Positions 1 through 7,259 of a stretch of DNA of 18,433 nt are shown piece by piece. The notes under the pieces are model-generated. The model saw nothing but the letters and a program-made list of their open reading frames with translations. It was not told where the DNA came from and made no database searches. The DNA comes from Candidatus Thorarchaeota archaeon (GTDB taxonomy: Archaea > Asgardarchaeota > Thorarchaeia > Thorarchaeales > Thorarchaeaceae), in NCBI GenBank assembly GCA_048882385.1, contig JBHLRQ010000063.1:1-18433 (forward strand), read 5' to 3'. A program made the translations under genes and the position numbers. Position 1 is the stretch's first letter. Each line of letters starts with the position of its first letter.

Positions 1-38
1 GACTGATAAGCCTTTCAGATTTATGAAAGTCATGTATC

Positions 39-52
39 CGAACCCTTAAGAT
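39..52 (+). promoter_or_regulatory. Putative BRE/TATA promoter of the radical SAM operon (probably leaderless)
   Basis: CGAACC-CTTAAGAT lies about 30 nt upstream of ATG 76, with no SD sequence in between. Confidence 0.45.
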
Positions 53-75
53 GGCGAGAATTAATCTCCTAAGTG

Positions 76-1506
76 ATGACCTCACCTCACTCATTACCTC
101 AATACAACTATTCAATGGAGGACCTTCAGTGGGTTCCCGCATTTATCAACGAGGTGAGAGATTTCTTCTTTGTTCGACCTCAAGATAATCTCCTCATTCT
201 TCGTCCCAATAAGACAATGCACCTCAATGAAACGGGTATGAGGATGCTCAAGATGCTCTTAGAAGATGAGCCACTTGAATCTATCATCAAGCACTTCATG
301 GATGCTGGAGGAAAGAAGCAAGTTGTGATTAATGATCTTGCTGCATTTGTAGATGACCTCCGAAATATGACTATTGGCAATCAGAACATCTACAGTTACA
401 AAACAGCGAAGATTGTTCCATTTGGAGAAGGAGAAATCAAGTATCCAGTCCTCAGTGAAATAGCACTGACCTATAGGTGTAACAACAAGTGTAGATTCTG
501 CTATGCATATTCACCATACCGAGAATCAGGAGAAATGACGACTGATGAAGTGAAACGGATTATAGACATCATAGTAGATGATGCTCATGTTCCTAGTCTA
601 TCATTCACTGGAGGAGAACCAACACTTCGTGATGATCTCTTTGATCTTATTGGATATGCCAGAGAAAGAGGTCTTCGGGTCAATCTCATAACAAACGGCA
701 TTCGTTGTCACGACAAGGAGTATGTACAGAAACTTGTAGATGCGGGATTAAACAGTGCACAGGTTTCTATTGAAGGACCGGATGCTGAAACTCATGACTA
801 TATAGTTGGAATACCAGGTGCTTTCGACAAGACTTTTCGAGGCATCAAGAATCTTAGAGAAACTGATATCTACACTCACTGCAACACAACAATCTGCCGT
901 CCTAATTTGGATAAACTGGAAGCGCTCGTTGATTTTCATGCTGAAGAATTGGGTCTGACTTACTTCAGTATGAATATGGTAATCTACACAGGAACAGCAG
1001 CAAAGCTGCAAGACGAACTTCAGGTGAAATATTCGGAAATCAAGGATATTGTGAAACGTGTAAAGAAACGAGCAAACAAAAAGGGCATACAGTTTGTATG
1101 GTACGCTCCCACACCTGTTTGTTTGTTCAATCCAATCGCGAATGGTCTTGGAGCAAAGAGTTGCGCGTGCTGTGATGGATTGCTCTCAGTTGATGCAGAG
1201 GGAGGATTACTTCCATGCTCGAGTTTCAGCGAGCCAGTTGGTAATCTACTGAAAGAGGGATTCGATGAAGTCTGGTATAATCGTGCATCACAATTCTGGA
1301 GGGGAAAAGATTTTGCACCAGAGGGCTGCAAAGAATGCAATCACTTTGATTATTGCTATGGTGCATGTCCACTTTACTGGGATGTACATGGATTTGAAGA
1401 GATCAAGGAGTTTTGGCCTAAGAAGAACAGAGTCAGAGAAAAAGTTGACAGTGTAAGATTGAATCTTCGACGACGTATTCGTGGAGACCAGCACGGCATT
1501 ACATGA
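76..1506 (+). CDS. Radical SAM/SPASM protein with N-terminal PqqD-like (RRE) domain, PqqE/AlbA-like maturase class
   Basis: CxxxCxxC (CNNKCRFC), FTGGEP and SPASM cysteines (CACC..LPC..GNL..CKECNHFDYCYGAC). The N-terminal segment LILRPNKTMHLNETG..IIKHF..DLAAFVDDL fits the PqqD beta3-alpha3 pattern. Start is ATG 76 or GTG 73. Confidence 0.9.
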   Translation: MTSPHSLPQYNYSMEDLQWVPAFINEVRDFFFVRPQDNLLILRPNKTMHLNETGMRMLKMLLEDEPLESIIKHFMDAGGKKQVVINDLAAFVDDLRNMTIGNQNIYSYKTAKIVPFGEGEIKYPVLSEIALTYRCNNKCRFCYAYSPYRESGEMTTDEVKRIIDIIVDDAHVPSLSFTGGEPTLRDDLFDLIGYARERGLRVNLITNGIRCHDKEYVQKLVDAGLNSAQVSIEGPDAETHDYIVGIPGAFDKTFRGIKNLRETDIYTHCNTTICRPNLDKLEALVDFHAEELGLTYFSMNMVIYTGTAAKLQDELQVKYSEIKDIVKRVKKRANKKGIQFVWYAPTPVCLFNPIANGLGAKSCACCDGLLSVDAEGGLLPCSSFSEPVGNLLKEGFDEVWYNRASQFWRGKDFAPEGCKECNHFDYCYGACPLYWDVHGFEEIKEFWPKKNRVREKVDSVRLNLRRRIRGDQHGIT

Positions 1507-2660
1507 ACATTGGAGGGCAAAGCTTGACGAGGACAATTTCAGACTTGATGAGTCCAGCTGCATTGGTAGACATCGAAAGGCTTGATCGGAATATTTCAGA
1601 TATGGCAAAAAAAGCAATGGAGTTTGGCGTACAACTTCGGCCACACATTAAAACACACAAATGCATAGAGATTGGCAAGAGGCAAAAGAATGCAGGTGCC
1701 TCTGGGATCACGGTTTCAACTCCATCTGAAGCATTAGTATTTGCAGATGCTGGCTTCAAGGACATAACATATGCAGTACCTCTTGCTTTGGACAAATTCA
1801 ACGTGGTCTATAATATCTCACAGAAGATTAGCTTGAAAGTATTGGTTGACAATCCTCGTACAGTTGAGATGTTAGAAGAATTCAGTAAAGAGGTCGATGC
1901 CGATTTTACTGTCATGCTCAAGGTGGATTGTGGAAATCATCGGTGCGGCGTGGACCCAGATTCGCCTATAGCAGTGAAACTTGCTAGTAAATTATCTCAG
2001 GCACCTCATCTGAAATTCAATGGAATTCTCGCTCATGCAGGTCACTCATATTCCGCAAAGTCGGTCGATGAGATTAGAAAGATCGCCACTCATGAACAAG
2101 AAGTCATGGTTCGCTTCGCAAAGGCGTTGAAATCAGAACACATGGATATGAAACCAGAGGTTGTGAGCATTGGTTCAACCCCTACAGCTCGACTTGCAGA
2201 AACATTCGTGGATGGTATAACCGAAATTAGACCGGGCAACTATGTGTTCTTTGACTACACACAAGTAACACTAGGGTCATGTGAAGTGAGTGAGTGCGCA
2301 TTGACTGTTCAAGCTAGTGTAATCGGAACTTACCCATATGGAGTAGTTATAGACGCTGGAGCTACTGCCCTCTCTAAGGACAAGGGACCAACCCACATAG
2401 ATGAGGATAGTGGATATGGTCAAGTTATTCGCAACTATTCTGAAAATCTAATCATGGATGAACTCACAATCAGTGCACTTTCGCAGGAACATGGGAAGAT
2501 ATTGACACTGAAGGATCATAATCTGAATCTAGGAGACAAACTTCGAATTATCCCAAATCATTCGTGTCTAACTGCAAATCTGTATGATAACTACTTTGTA
2601 GTCAAGAATGATTTAGTGGTTGACAATTGGCCAATAGCTCGACAACGCCTCGCCGATTAA
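1503..2660 (+). CDS. Fold-type III PLP enzyme, DSD1 D-serine dehydratase / D-threonine aldolase family
   Basis: LRPHIKTHK (PLP lysine), HRCGV, HAGHSY, SIGSTPT, EIRPGNYVFFD, LSQEHG and IIPNHSC (metal-binding His/Cys). ATGA overlap with the radical SAM stop codon. Confidence 0.88.
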   Translation: MNIGGQSLTRTISDLMSPAALVDIERLDRNISDMAKKAMEFGVQLRPHIKTHKCIEIGKRQKNAGASGITVSTPSEALVFADAGFKDITYAVPLALDKFNVVYNISQKISLKVLVDNPRTVEMLEEFSKEVDADFTVMLKVDCGNHRCGVDPDSPIAVKLASKLSQAPHLKFNGILAHAGHSYSAKSVDEIRKIATHEQEVMVRFAKALKSEHMDMKPEVVSIGSTPTARLAETFVDGITEIRPGNYVFFDYTQVTLGSCEVSECALTVQASVIGTYPYGVVIDAGATALSKDKGPTHIDEDSGYGQVIRNYSENLIMDELTISALSQEHGKILTLKDHNLNLGDKLRIIPNHSCLTANLYDNYFVVKNDLVVDNWPIARQRLAD

Positions 2661-2688
2661 TTGCCAAGGTTATGGGTGTTTTTATAGC

Positions 2689-3546
2689 TTGAGCCAACCA
2701 TCTACTATTGGAGGGTTCCAATTGAGTAGTGGGGATGTTCAACTCAAAGTTTTGAAACATATTGAGAGTTTGGAAGAGGGAGTTCCTCAAATCTATGGAA
2801 ATATTGCAGTCACCGGGTTAAGTGATACAAATGCGGACTTGTACAACGGAATCATTTCAACTCAGATAGCGCTTGAAGTTGGAAATATGCAGGTTGAGGA
2901 AACAGGAAGTGTACCAAGCTTGCACTTCAATGCGGATCAGCCAACACTGATACGTTGTGGAGAAGGAGTGCTTGGAGGCGGTTTGCAGGACCGTATTATT
3001 GCAGAAAGCACGATAGTGGAAGGAAATAGGTCTCTTAGAGTGTTCTGCATTGAGGCAGGAAGGTGGGCATCTAAGACAGGAGAATGGATACACACAAACA
3101 CACCAGTCGTGATGCGCAGAGCTATACTTGAGGGGCACAGTCAACAGTATGTGTGGAGTGAAGTTCAGAAAATCCTTAGCTCGTGGGGAGTGCGATCAGG
3201 AACCAGCGCACTTGGAGAACTCTATATTCATCATGGATTTGAATTTGAAAAACTAGCAACTCGATTTAATTGGTCAGATGATGAAGTGGGCATGATTGTC
3301 ACAATCGATGGCCGGGTGCAAGGAGTCGAGATTTTTGGGGATAAGATGGGACTGAGAAGAGAGTATGCATCAATTCTGAAAGAGAGCTATGCTCCCATTG
3401 CTTTGCAGACTGCAGGTGAAAGATCAACAACTTTTGAGGATGTTAATAATGGAATTAACATATTTCTCGAAGAGCTGCACTCAGGACATCGTAAAACACA
3501 ACTAGTGAGTCACAATGGAAACCTAGCATATGCTTGTGCTGTCTGA
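2689..3546 (+). CDS. ARPP-1 / DUF6569-like protein
   Basis: Motif series ETGSVPSL..GEGVLGG.QDRII..VFCIEAGRW..QQYVW..VGMIVTIDGRVQGVEIF, typical of this family. The TTG start is uncertain. Confidence 0.7.
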   Translation: MSQPSTIGGFQLSSGDVQLKVLKHIESLEEGVPQIYGNIAVTGLSDTNADLYNGIISTQIALEVGNMQVEETGSVPSLHFNADQPTLIRCGEGVLGGGLQDRIIAESTIVEGNRSLRVFCIEAGRWASKTGEWIHTNTPVVMRRAILEGHSQQYVWSEVQKILSSWGVRSGTSALGELYIHHGFEFEKLATRFNWSDDEVGMIVTIDGRVQGVEIFGDKMGLRREYASILKESYAPIALQTAGERSTTFEDVNNGINIFLEELHSGHRKTQLVSHNGNLAYACAV

Positions 3547-3550
3547 ATGA

Positions 3551-4264
3551 TTATTTCAATCTGTTAACAATGGAATGTCCACAATATGGGCACTTTTCCT
3601 CCTCACCAGGTAATATTGGAGCGTCTAGCTTTCCATCGCAATTGGGACAGACAGTAATAGCTTTAGGAAGTTGAGAAACCGCCTCTTGCGTATAGATCAC
3701 CCTTGAATTCTCGTCGATAACTCCCCTGAACTTTCCAGATTTTGAGAGTTCTTTCATAGCATCGACTATCTGTTCATCTGTGGATTCAGTCACACGTCGA
3801 ATCTGATCGAAAGTCATCCTGCGTTGTGCATAGAGAAGGTGTAAGAGACTCTCCTTCAATGAAACAGCTTTGGGACTAACAATCTCATGAGCACCTCGAT
3901 CCAAGTAAACAAGAGGAAGTCGCCGAGTTGCCAATTTCTCAGCCGCGTCAGCTACAACCTGTGGTTCTGTACCTAGTTTTCTAGCAGCATCATCAACGCT
4001 AATCCTTCCCTCTTTTTGAACAAGTGGAATGAGGTCTCCAGATACATCTCCTATACGAGCTTCACGTGTCCCTTTAGCAATCAACCAAAGACCTAGCACG
4101 AGTTCAGGCAAAGAAACAATGGCCCAAGCAACAAGTCCAGACGCAATCAAAATGATGAGTTCTTGACCTTCAATCAACATTGTACTTTGACAAACAATCA
4201 ACGTCATTGCCAACGAAACTATTACCAAAATCGCTCCAACGAGTTGTAAAAGACGCGGATTCAC
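3551..4264 (-). CDS. Membrane-anchored protein: 2 TM helices, two PCI-like winged-helix repeats, C-terminal Zn ribbon
   Basis: Two hydrophobic N-terminal segments. Repeats GRISVDDAARKLG..VYLD and RRMTFDQIRRVT..GKFRGVID. CPNC-x15-CPYC. GTG start preceded by GAGGAG. Confidence 0.75.
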   Translation of the reverse strand: MNPRLLQLVGAILVIVSLAMTLIVCQSTMLIEGQELIILIASGLVAWAIVSLPELVLGLWLIAKGTREARIGDVSGDLIPLVQKEGRISVDDAARKLGTEPQVVADAAEKLATRRLPLVYLDRGAHEIVSPKAVSLKESLLHLLYAQRRMTFDQIRRVTESTDEQIVDAMKELSKSGKFRGVIDENSRVIYTQEAVSQLPKAITVCPNCDGKLDAPILPGEEEKCPYCGHSIVNRLK

Positions 4265-4416
4265 TTCTCTCTCTCCTCAAGTACGGCGAGAACACGACTC
4301 CAATTATAGATTCCGACTTGAGAAATCACTAAGTTACTATGGACAAAAGGTAATTTTCTTCAAATATTTTGAAAAATAGGTCAAAACTTCATCCTACATT
4401 ATCGGGGCGTTTCCGA

Positions 4417-4433
4417 CGGATAAGTTATATATA
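4417..4433 (+). promoter_or_regulatory. BRE/TATA promoter of the 138-aa gene
   Basis: CGGATAAG-TTATATATA is close to the archaeal consensus. Confidence 0.6.
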
Positions 4434-4485
4434 CAGAGACAGAACGTAAATGAAGTACAGACCCTGAAGGACGTGTACCAATCTA

Positions 4486-4902
4486 ATGGTTATTGACAAA
4501 GAGGGTGCGACCTCAGCAATCATTCTTCACCTAACACCCGGAGAACCAGTAGTGTTCCCGGCTGAATTTGTGGCAGACATCGGGGAGAAGGCAGGGTTAG
4601 TGGTGATGCACCACAAAGACCGCGTCGTGAAGATCTTCCCAGTCGCTAACGAAGACATCTATCTGCTTAGGATTGAGATCAGTGATCTATCAAGAAACTT
4701 CCTGAAGCAGTTGAACTTTGCATTTAACGATGCAAAATTGAGCGATATCATCTTCACAACAGGAGTATGCCTACGCGGCGAACGCTGTTACTATGAGTGC
4801 TACTTCATTCCAGACCAGCTGGTTGTAACACTCAACGAACTCGAAGACAGCCTGAAGAAGATCCCTGGAGTATCCAGAGTGGTCCTCAGAAAGGTTTCCT
4901 AG
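4486..4902 (+). CDS. Small protein with a probable AbrB/SpoVT-like N-terminus and a C-terminal ACT-like domain
   Basis: VVFPAEFVADIG..VVKIFPV resembles a swapped-hairpin barrel. The C-terminal beta-alpha-beta-beta-alpha-beta pattern ending LKKIPGVSRV is ACT-like. The ORF itself is clean and has a promoter. Confidence 0.65.
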   Translation: MVIDKEGATSAIILHLTPGEPVVFPAEFVADIGEKAGLVVMHHKDRVVKIFPVANEDIYLLRIEISDLSRNFLKQLNFAFNDAKLSDIIFTTGVCLRGERCYYECYFIPDQLVVTLNELEDSLKKIPGVSRVVLRKVS

Positions 4903-5004
4903 ACAAAGTCTAGAGACCGTGAATAGCGGTCTAGAGTAGGTCTTACCCGACGTTCCGTCCAAAACGATGTCGTATGTGGAGCCTCGGCCGCAAGCTTGAG
5001 GCTC
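4899..5004 (+). other. Cluster of back-to-back stem-loops (structured 3' UTR or small RNA)
   Basis: CTAGAC/GTCTAG (4899-4913), AGACCGT/GCGGTCT (4914-4932), CGACGT..CGT/ACG.ATGTCG (4948-4972) and GAGCCTC/GAGGCTC (4979-5004). Confidence 0.6.
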
Positions 5005-5008
5005 ATCA

Positions 5009-5023
5009 TCTTTTCTTTATTTC
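5009..5023 (+). terminator. Pyrimidine/U-rich terminator
   Basis: TCTTTTCTTTATTTC directly follows the last hairpin, between convergent genes. Confidence 0.45.
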
Positions 5024-5058
5024 AATGGTCAAGTGATAGTTATGCAACATGCGACCCA

Positions 5059-5895
5059 TCAAGTCAATTCAAGTCCCTCACGGCGTAATTCTCTGTAATT
5101 TCGAAGGTTTTCTGGGATATATGCATCAAGGAAGACATTGAGGATGTACTCAGGATTGCGTTCAATCCCATAACTCTCGAAGTATTTGAGAACATTGTTA
5201 ATGTCTCGTCGAAGTATCAATTCGACCTTATTCATATCCGACCATTTGTTAACAGGTTCACTTTGAGGAACATCGATAATCCAAGACTTGTTCTTCCACC
5301 ATAGGGTATTGTATGCACTGAGGTCGCCATGCACATAATGAGCCTCCTTGTACATGATCAAGTATTGATCAAGTACCTCATTCAACACTACTTCAGGATT
5401 CTCGAGTTGAACATCCTTCATTTGAGGTGCTGGGGTTTCTCCATCTCCAATAAACCTCATTGTCAAGTAATTAGCAACTCGTGATATTGGAGTAGGAACT
5501 CTGACCCCAGCAGCGTAACAAGCTTGAAGTGTATCAAATTCTGCGACAGCAATGTCTTCAACCAATCCAAGTATCCATCGTGTCTTTTTGCCACTTGATT
5601 CTCGTATGTAGCCCTTTGTTGTGGATAATTTATGAGGAGTAGCCCAAAGTCTGTATGCTTTCAGGATTATTGGATGCGTGTTCCAGAGAGCTAGGAATAT
5701 GGAAGCTTCTTTGCCTGCGCTCATTGGATAGAGCACATCAGTAGCCAAACCAAAATTGATTGCATCTCTGCGAATCTCTTCAAACTTCGGTTCAGTAATC
5801 TGGGCTTTTCCGCATGTGCCTCCTCTAATGGCATCTCGTTTCTGGTCAATAGCAGACCCCTTTGAGAGAGGATTGAACTTGTCTACTCGACTCAT
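5059..5895 (-). CDS. rio1: RIO1-family atypical Ser/Thr kinase (paralogue 2)
   Basis: SAGKEASIF, ILKAYR, VPTP, VHGDLSAYN, IIDVPQS and LRRDINNV. ATGA overlap with paralogue 1. Confidence 0.88.
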   Translation of the reverse strand: MSRVDKFNPLSKGSAIDQKRDAIRGGTCGKAQITEPKFEEIRRDAINFGLATDVLYPMSAGKEASIFLALWNTHPIILKAYRLWATPHKLSTTKGYIRESSGKKTRWILGLVEDIAVAEFDTLQACYAAGVRVPTPISRVANYLTMRFIGDGETPAPQMKDVQLENPEVVLNEVLDQYLIMYKEAHYVHGDLSAYNTLWWKNKSWIIDVPQSEPVNKWSDMNKVELILRRDINNVLKYFESYGIERNPEYILNVFLDAYIPENLRNYRELRREGLELT

Positions 5896-6695
5896 TCTGA
5901 AACCTCCACTCTAGTAACCTCATCATAATTCCGTAGGTTATGTGGGATATATTCTGAGAGGAAGACTTTGACGATTTCATCAGGATCTCGTCGAATTCCG
6001 TACTTCTTGAAGTATCTAAGCACGTTTACGATATCTCGTCGAAGTAACGACTCAATGTTCTTCATATCAGACCAAGGGCCAACTTGACAGGCTTGTGGCA
6101 TATCGATGATCCATGGGCGGTCTTGCCACCAAAGGATGTTATAGGCGCTTAGATCGCCATGCACATACTTTGCATCACGATACATGAGAAGATAGTCATC
6201 AAGAATTTGATCCAGTACAAGGTTTGGTTCTTCTAGATGGACAGTTCTCAATTGAGGAGCAGGTTCAATACCCTCACCAATGAACCTCATTGTAAGGTAA
6301 TTTCCAACTCTGCCAATGGGAGTGGGGACATTCATCCCAGCCTTAAAACAGGACATGAGTAGGTCGAACTCCTTTGCAGCTAGAACCTGCATTCTTCCGG
6401 GAGCGAAGTATCCTTTCTTCTTCTTTGCTTGTGATGTATTCCAGAATCTGAATGCTTTGAGAATGATCGGATGATCTTTCCAGTGTGCGAGATAGATTGA
6501 TGCTTCTTTCCCTGCATTCAATTGATAGAGTACTTCTGTGGCAAGCCTAAATCTTACTGCATCTTCTCTGACTTCGTCTAGAGTGATCTCATTGATCTGA
6601 ACAGTCCATCCTCTCTGGTTTCCTCGTTGAGCATCTCTCTTTATGGAGAGAGCACTAGGCTTCTTAGGATTTAGTTTCTCCACTACTCCAGCCAT
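5892..6695 (-). CDS. rio1: RIO1-family atypical Ser/Thr kinase (paralogue 1)
   Basis: NAGKEASIY, ILKAFR, VPTP, VHGDLSAYNIL, IIDMPQA and LRRDIVNV. SD GAGGTG at 6707-6702. Confidence 0.88.
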   Translation of the reverse strand: MAGVVEKLNPKKPSALSIKRDAQRGNQRGWTVQINEITLDEVREDAVRFRLATEVLYQLNAGKEASIYLAHWKDHPIILKAFRFWNTSQAKKKKGYFAPGRMQVLAAKEFDLLMSCFKAGMNVPTPIGRVGNYLTMRFIGEGIEPAPQLRTVHLEEPNLVLDQILDDYLLMYRDAKYVHGDLSAYNILWWQDRPWIIDMPQACQVGPWSDMKNIESLLRRDIVNVLRYFKKYGIRRDPDEIVKVFLSEYIPHNLRNYDEVTRVEVSE

Positions 6696-7095
6696 TCACG
6701 CCACCTCGTATGTGGAGAGTCGACATCCATGGTTTATCCCAGGGATACTATCCAGAAGCGGAGCTTTCCGCTTCATTGGACGCTGTCTGTCCGAACATCT
6801 GCAACTGTGGTCCATGTTAAACGGACCTGTTTCTTTGTTATTCTTAGTATACAACTTTTGCTTCACTCTCATTGACTGAGCGACACGCATCTTCTTTCAT
6901 AGCACATAAGAACTGCAAGAAGTTGTGACCCACAGCAAACGTTGTGCCTCAATGGCATTCATACACGATGCGTATAATGAATGAATCAACACACAGAAGC
7001 AGCGAAAGTCAATCAGACTTTCTCAACGTCGGTGCAGGAAACTACTACATACTCACGTATAACTACAATCATTTGTTCATTGCACCTCCGTTATC
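6696..7095 (-). promoter_or_regulatory. Long structured 5' leader of the RIO operon with chained uORFs
   Basis: SD GGAGGTG followed by ATG AAC AAA TGA (7080-7069), further ATGA-coupled short ORFs, and hairpins at 7004-7022, 6956-6983, 6809-6827 and 6751-6780. Confidence 0.55.
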
Positions 7096-7120
7096 CAATA
7101 CCTGGCGCTCTAGTTGAGAA

Positions 7121-7136
7121 GTATATAGGCTTTCCG
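7121..7136 (-). promoter_or_regulatory. BRE/TATA promoter of the RIO leader/operon
   Basis: Minus strand CGGAAAGC-CTATATAC, about 40 nt upstream of the SD-preceded ATG 7080. Confidence 0.55.
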
Positions 7137-7165
7137 GTCAACGTCAGAATTATTCGTTAGCCGTG

Positions 7166-7181
7166 AGGGAAGGATTTATCT
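7166..7181 (+). promoter_or_regulatory. Putative BRE/TATA promoter of xpb, divergent from the RIO promoter
   Basis: Purine-rich AGGGAAGG followed by ATTTATCT, about 80 nt upstream of ATG 7260. Confidence 0.4.
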
Positions 7182-7259
7182 CCACAACGCGCCGCCGTTT
7201 CACGCTTTCCGTGTGAGAGTTCAACGAAACCGCTAGTGTCGGTTGGATGATGAAACAAA

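Noticed and set aside
4905-5010. 5S rRNA, hammerhead ribozyme, SECIS or box C/D sRNA identity for the hairpin cluster
   Set aside because: Only fragmentary resemblance. There is no 5S terminal helix or CCGAAC loop, no CUGAUGA/GAAA core, no GA quartet, and the nearest box D is about 115 nt away inside the CDS.
6696-6890. 64-aa ORF as a RiPP precursor for the radical SAM enzyme or the kinases
   Set aside because: No SD and no leader/core pattern. It is 5 kb from the radical SAM gene on the other strand and coincides with RNA hairpins, so it is treated as part of the leader.
6734-7072. Minus-strand frame of 113 codons interrupted only by six TGA codons before a TAA, suggesting a multi-selenocysteine protein or TGA recoding
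   Set aside because: The read-through product resembles nothing recognisable, no SECIS is evident, and neighbouring genes use TGA as a normal stop. Stop/start coupling of short uORFs explains several of the TGAs.
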